This document shows positions 59,961 to 64,000 of a stretch of DNA of 64,000 nucleotides, piece by piece. Positions within the stretch are counted from its first letter, which is position 1. Each line of letters begins with the position of its first letter. A program made the translations under genes and the position numbers. This DNA is from Eutreptiella sp. 'Long Island Sound 2002'. Its lineage: Eukaryota > Protista > Euglenida. Under the pieces are notes generated by a model, which did no database searches, was not told the origin of the DNA, and saw nothing but the letters and a program-made list of their open reading frames with translations. The DNA lies in contig OZ038378.1 in the NCBI GenBank assembly GCA_964036045.1, positions 178,746,001 to 178,810,000 of the forward strand, in the 5' to 3' direction.

Positions 59961-60464
59961 GTTTGACCTGCAGTGGACAAAAGCGGACAGATGGCCACCA
60001 TTCGGTCAAGCATATCACAGCTGGCCCGCCAGAGAAGCCCTTTCTCCCCTCTCTCCCCTCCCCCCGGTTCCCACCGCGATACCTGCCCCCCCCCCCCCCC
60101 TTCCCATGGGGAGAGGTGTCAGGGACAGCAACAGACAAAGCGAGCAGCGCTCAGCAAGACATGAAATTTTTCATCAATGGTACCATAGATGCCTTCCGGT
60201 ATGGGTGCAGTGATTGCCCAAATGGTGCCCACAAAGAGACAGCGTGATCTTTTCTGTACAATGTTGCATCCGAGGTTGCTGTACACTAGCCACTAAACAT
60301 GTAGCTTTGCACATCACCACCACCCTCTTTCTGCCTTCATCGAGCAACATACCGCATTACCCTTGTTTTCCTACCGAATACTTGATCAGCGAGATCCAGG
60401 TGTGCGTTTTGTTTTATTCTGGGGGGGGGGGGGGGGGCTGCGACCGCCAAAAAGTTTCCGAGAG

Positions 60465-60731
60465 GGGGGAGCCTATGCAGCACGCGCACAGCACGCACAG
60501 CGTGCATACTTTCCAGGGTAAAATCATTTAGGAAATTCCGGGGATTTTGTGAACGGGAGAGAAAGGGTGAAAGTTCAGCTATGCCATATCCCAAATCAAG
60601 TAGAACCTCCCAAGTGCCTGGTGCCACACAACAACGCTCCCAATCCCACAAAGCATGGGTCTTTGGTGCAGCAGAGTATGAAAGCCTTTGCACAGCGCGC
60701 ATGGCGCTTGCTTAGCGCGCCATTCGCCCTC
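60465..60731. mobile_element. Degenerate G5-family element
   Basis: Starts GGGGGAGCC with GCACAGC repeats; the right part is homologous to 2440-2654 and 16590-16750; no TSD found. Confidence 0.5.
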
Positions 60732-61646
60732 TTGGGGGGTATCGATGTATGGGGGCAGGCCTCTGGTAGGGTGTTCTCCTAAGACAGAAGCGGAGGAGTC
60801 CTCCAAGGCTTGAAACAGCCCCCCCGCCCCACCCACCACCACACACCCTATGAACTGCAGTCTTGTGTCACATTGTGCCCCCCACCAGGGCACTGTCACT
60901 AGAAGGGGCTGAGAAAACATGTGATGGACGCTGTGCTGTGCTGGAGGAGTTTTGAGCCTGCTGACCCAAAGCTGAGGCAGCCCTTGGCAGCGATCAACGG
61001 CGTACAGCAGATTTCAGTCTGCAGACTGTACACTGCGTGCTCTGTACCCTGCGTAATGTGCACTCTCCACACTGCACACTGCACGTTGCGCAATCTGCTC
61101 AGGGCGCACTGCACACACAGTACACCGCCACTTCTGCGCACTGCACACTAGGACCCGTGCACTGCACGCTTTGCACTCTGTGCATTGCAGACCGCAAACG
61201 GTACACCTTGCACACTGGACACTGCACACAAGAATGCAGTGCAGTGTGCAGAGTGCGCACTGTACATTCCTCCCATGCCATTTACATGCTGAGAAAGTTT
61301 TGGCACTAATTAATGTGGCTGACTTATGGCCCACATTTGCAGGCTGCGGTATCCTCTGTCGGTTTTACAGCGGTTCTGGAAAAATTCACTAGGTGTGCAT
61401 TGTTGACCCATCTCCGGTTTCTAAATAGGCCATTTTCAAGGTATCGAAGGAGATTCACACAAGCCGAAAACAGGTGTTTGCAATGTAAGAATATTGTTTT
61501 CACCAGTTGTGCACAGGCAATGTGCCAGCTTTTGTCCTGACAGCGACCACTAGCGACTGTCGATGCACCATAGCCAACAGAGCTTGCCCTCGTAGAATCC
61601 CCGGTCTCTCGCTGGACGCCCGGTCTCTTGCTGGCAGCCAAAAGTC

Positions 61647-61865
61647 TCACCCGATCCTCGGTCTCTCACAAGGTGCCTGGTTTCTCATCAGATGTTTGGT
61701 CTCAATTGCAGTGGTGTGCAGTGCACGTCCTCCCTTCAAACTTGCAAGCGCCCGTGCACCACTGTCTCCCACATTGTTGACCCCAAGATCCAAATTCAGG
61801 GTGTGCAGTGCAGGTGCTTCCTTCAACCCTGCAAGCGCCTGTGCACCACTGTCTCCAAGAGGGCA
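61647..61865 (-). pseudogene. Isolated LRR fragment (2 repeats), paralogous to the F-box/LRR gene; last exon of an upstream gene or a relic
   Basis: LGDSGAQALAGLKEAPALHTLNLDLGVNNVGDSGARALASLK. Confidence 0.7.
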
Positions 61866-62594
61866 ACACAGTGACCAAGGACTTGCACACCACACAACCC
61901 GGCAGGTGTCGTCAGGTGTCACGACAAATTTTGGCAGATATTAGCCTCAGGTATGGCCTATGCCTGTTACACCCCCCGCGCTCTATCTTGGAGCATGCAG
62001 GGCCTGCAAGCGTGAAGGGGGGGCATTGGCCCAGGGGAAGAGAGTGTGTGTGTGGGGGGGGGGGACACTGGCCTCACTCCACAGCGCAGGGAGTGTGCAG
62101 GCCTGTGCCTTTCCCAATCACATACCCTCTGCCGTACGGCGTGGCGTGGGGCACCGGAGGCTCGGGGCATTGACCTACCCACACCATCTTGGAACGGGGA
62201 GGGCCCAGAGGGAGGCGGGGTCAGGCAGTAGGCATGACTGACATTTTCTGTGGCCAGAAACGCAAACAAAGAAGCATGTATGGGGCAGGAGACTGCATGC
62301 ATTGGGGGAAATCCCTGAAGCCCCGGTGGAAAAAAGCCGCATGAGGTGAGTGTTGCACAATGCAGGGGTTCCATGCAGAGGTTTGCTTATCCACTGGGGG
62401 GGGGGGGGGCATTTTGGGGCTGCCTCAGGACTGGCCAACCCACCCACCCACCCACCCAAGCTGACCTACCCCCCCACCCACCCAGAACCCCCCCTACTCC
62501 CCCAGTAGGGGGGGAGGGTTATTTCATCCCGCATCGTATGTCCATTGCATACTGAAAATTTTGACAAAAGATCAGCGACCTAAAGTTCAAAAAT

Positions 62595-62666
62595 GCAGGA
62601 ATCAAGGTTTGAACCCACATCTGCACATCTGCACCGCAGGATATTAACCATTGGACTACCAGCCGT
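62595..62666 (-). tRNA. tRNA-His-like pseudogene or SINE head
   Basis: A box TAGTCCAATGGTTA, B box GGTTCAAACC, and a CTGCG..TGCAG anticodon stem with an aberrant loop. Confidence 0.4.
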
Positions 62667-64000
62667 CACAGCAGCACATTGCTAAAGTACTGTGTAGAGC
62701 CTGCCATCTGATTTTTTTGGTTTGGGAGAGTCACGCCCTACCCAGCCCCTACCCAGTTGCCCACCCACCCACCCACCCACCCACCTAGCCCCCCCCCCCC
62801 AGGGGGGGGGGGGGAGTAGGCATCGAGACGACATCAGGTATCAACAGGGCTGACGGGATATATCTCAGTGCGAGGGGTGACTCCCATGCTCACAGGTGTA
62901 CCCAAATCTGTACTTGCACCCGCAGCAACGGCTACATCTGCACCTGCATGTGCACCCAAAACCCACACCCATGTGCAAAGCTATCAACAACACCTGCCCT
63001 ACACTGTAGCCCAACTCAAACCCACACCCATGCCCACGCCCACGCAGATACCCAGCATCATTCCTGCAGCCACACCTGCAGCGCCTACGCCCACACTCAC
63101 ACCCACGCTCAGCCCCCAAATTGCACACCCAGTTGCAGAGGACAGAGGAAGCAGTGCAAATGCGATATTGTGTGGCCACAATTTCATCCCTTTGCACTGG
63201 CTGCACAATTGTCACTGTTTTAGCAGCAAGGCTCGTGACTGTCCACATCCGAAACAGGGGACTGGGGCGGCATCACGGGTAGTGGTGGTCATGATCGAGG
63301 TTAAGAGGTTCGATAATCAAAACGGGGACACACAAGCGAAGCGCTAAGCGTTGTTGCAACAGCACTGGGGCATACGCCTGGGTTTGTAAGTCTCGTGGTT
63401 CAACAGTGGTTACTGCCACTTGCCATCATTGTTTGGACCAGATTTTTCCGTCACCAGTCATCCAGTTTGATGTGCAATACTTGGCAGTGGGGGTCTACGT
63501 CGGAGTTCAGGAGGATCCCTGTCCCTCCCTTTACCTGAGGCCACCACGGCCCGACCCCTTCCTGAGCAATGAGCTGAAGGGCAGCGGTGCTTGTGCACAC
63601 GCTGCATGCACACGCGTTACCCCTGCATCCATTGCCAACAGGGATGCGCCGGCCCTTTCCAAACCGCCCCCGCCCCTCCCTCTGTGTCAGCAAAGGGGGA
63701 TGAGAGGCAGGCCAGGAGGTGGCGGCACCCACGGACTCCCCCCATTTCCCGTCAGTTCCCTTCTGCAGCCCCACCCGTGCTATGGGCCTTTGAATACAGG
63801 CGGCTTAGTCATTGACTCTGATCCAGACACAATGCGTCTGCAAGTGACGGAAGCATCCGAACCCGATCCGTACCTCTATGTACACCTCTACGCCATGGGC
63901 CATCGCTTCTAGGCTTCAAGTCTGAGTCGCTGTCTTGCAGTCGGACGTCCGAGAGGCAGGGGGATGAATAGTGGTTTGCCAGAGCCCAGTGCAAAAGAGT

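Overview
Repeat-rich eukaryotic nuclear DNA, most likely from a euglenid (Euglena/Eutreptiella-like). The assignment rests on three minus-strand copies of a sequence matching the euglenid spliced leader (SL), recalled as (AC)ACTTTCTGAGTGTCTATTTTTTTTCG. Host genes: a 6-exon FYVE-like zinc finger + DUF676 alpha/beta-hydrolase gene (18181->7742, ~697 aa, all GT-AG introns), a 2-exon F-box/LRR gene (59960->56070), an intronless double hot-dog acyl-CoA thioesterase (37374->36274) and an intronless secreted-type GDPD (49803->48679). Mobile DNA dominates the rest: a nearly intact ~8-kb three-ORF APE/RT/RNase H LINE, a 5'-truncated RT/RNase H LINE with a 22-bp TSD, a decayed DIRS/Ngaro/VIPER-like RT-RNase H remnant, at least three non-autonomous TIR families, three related satellites (48, 104 and ~84 bp), microsatellites and two tRNA-like relics. 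Main discovery: SL copies sit at the exact 5' end of the full-length LINE and just upstream of both intronless genes. This suggests LINE-driven recycling of trans-spliced mRNAs into the genome, with one older relic apparently converted into a new trans-splice acceptor. All coordinates and alignments were made by eye; no database searches were run.
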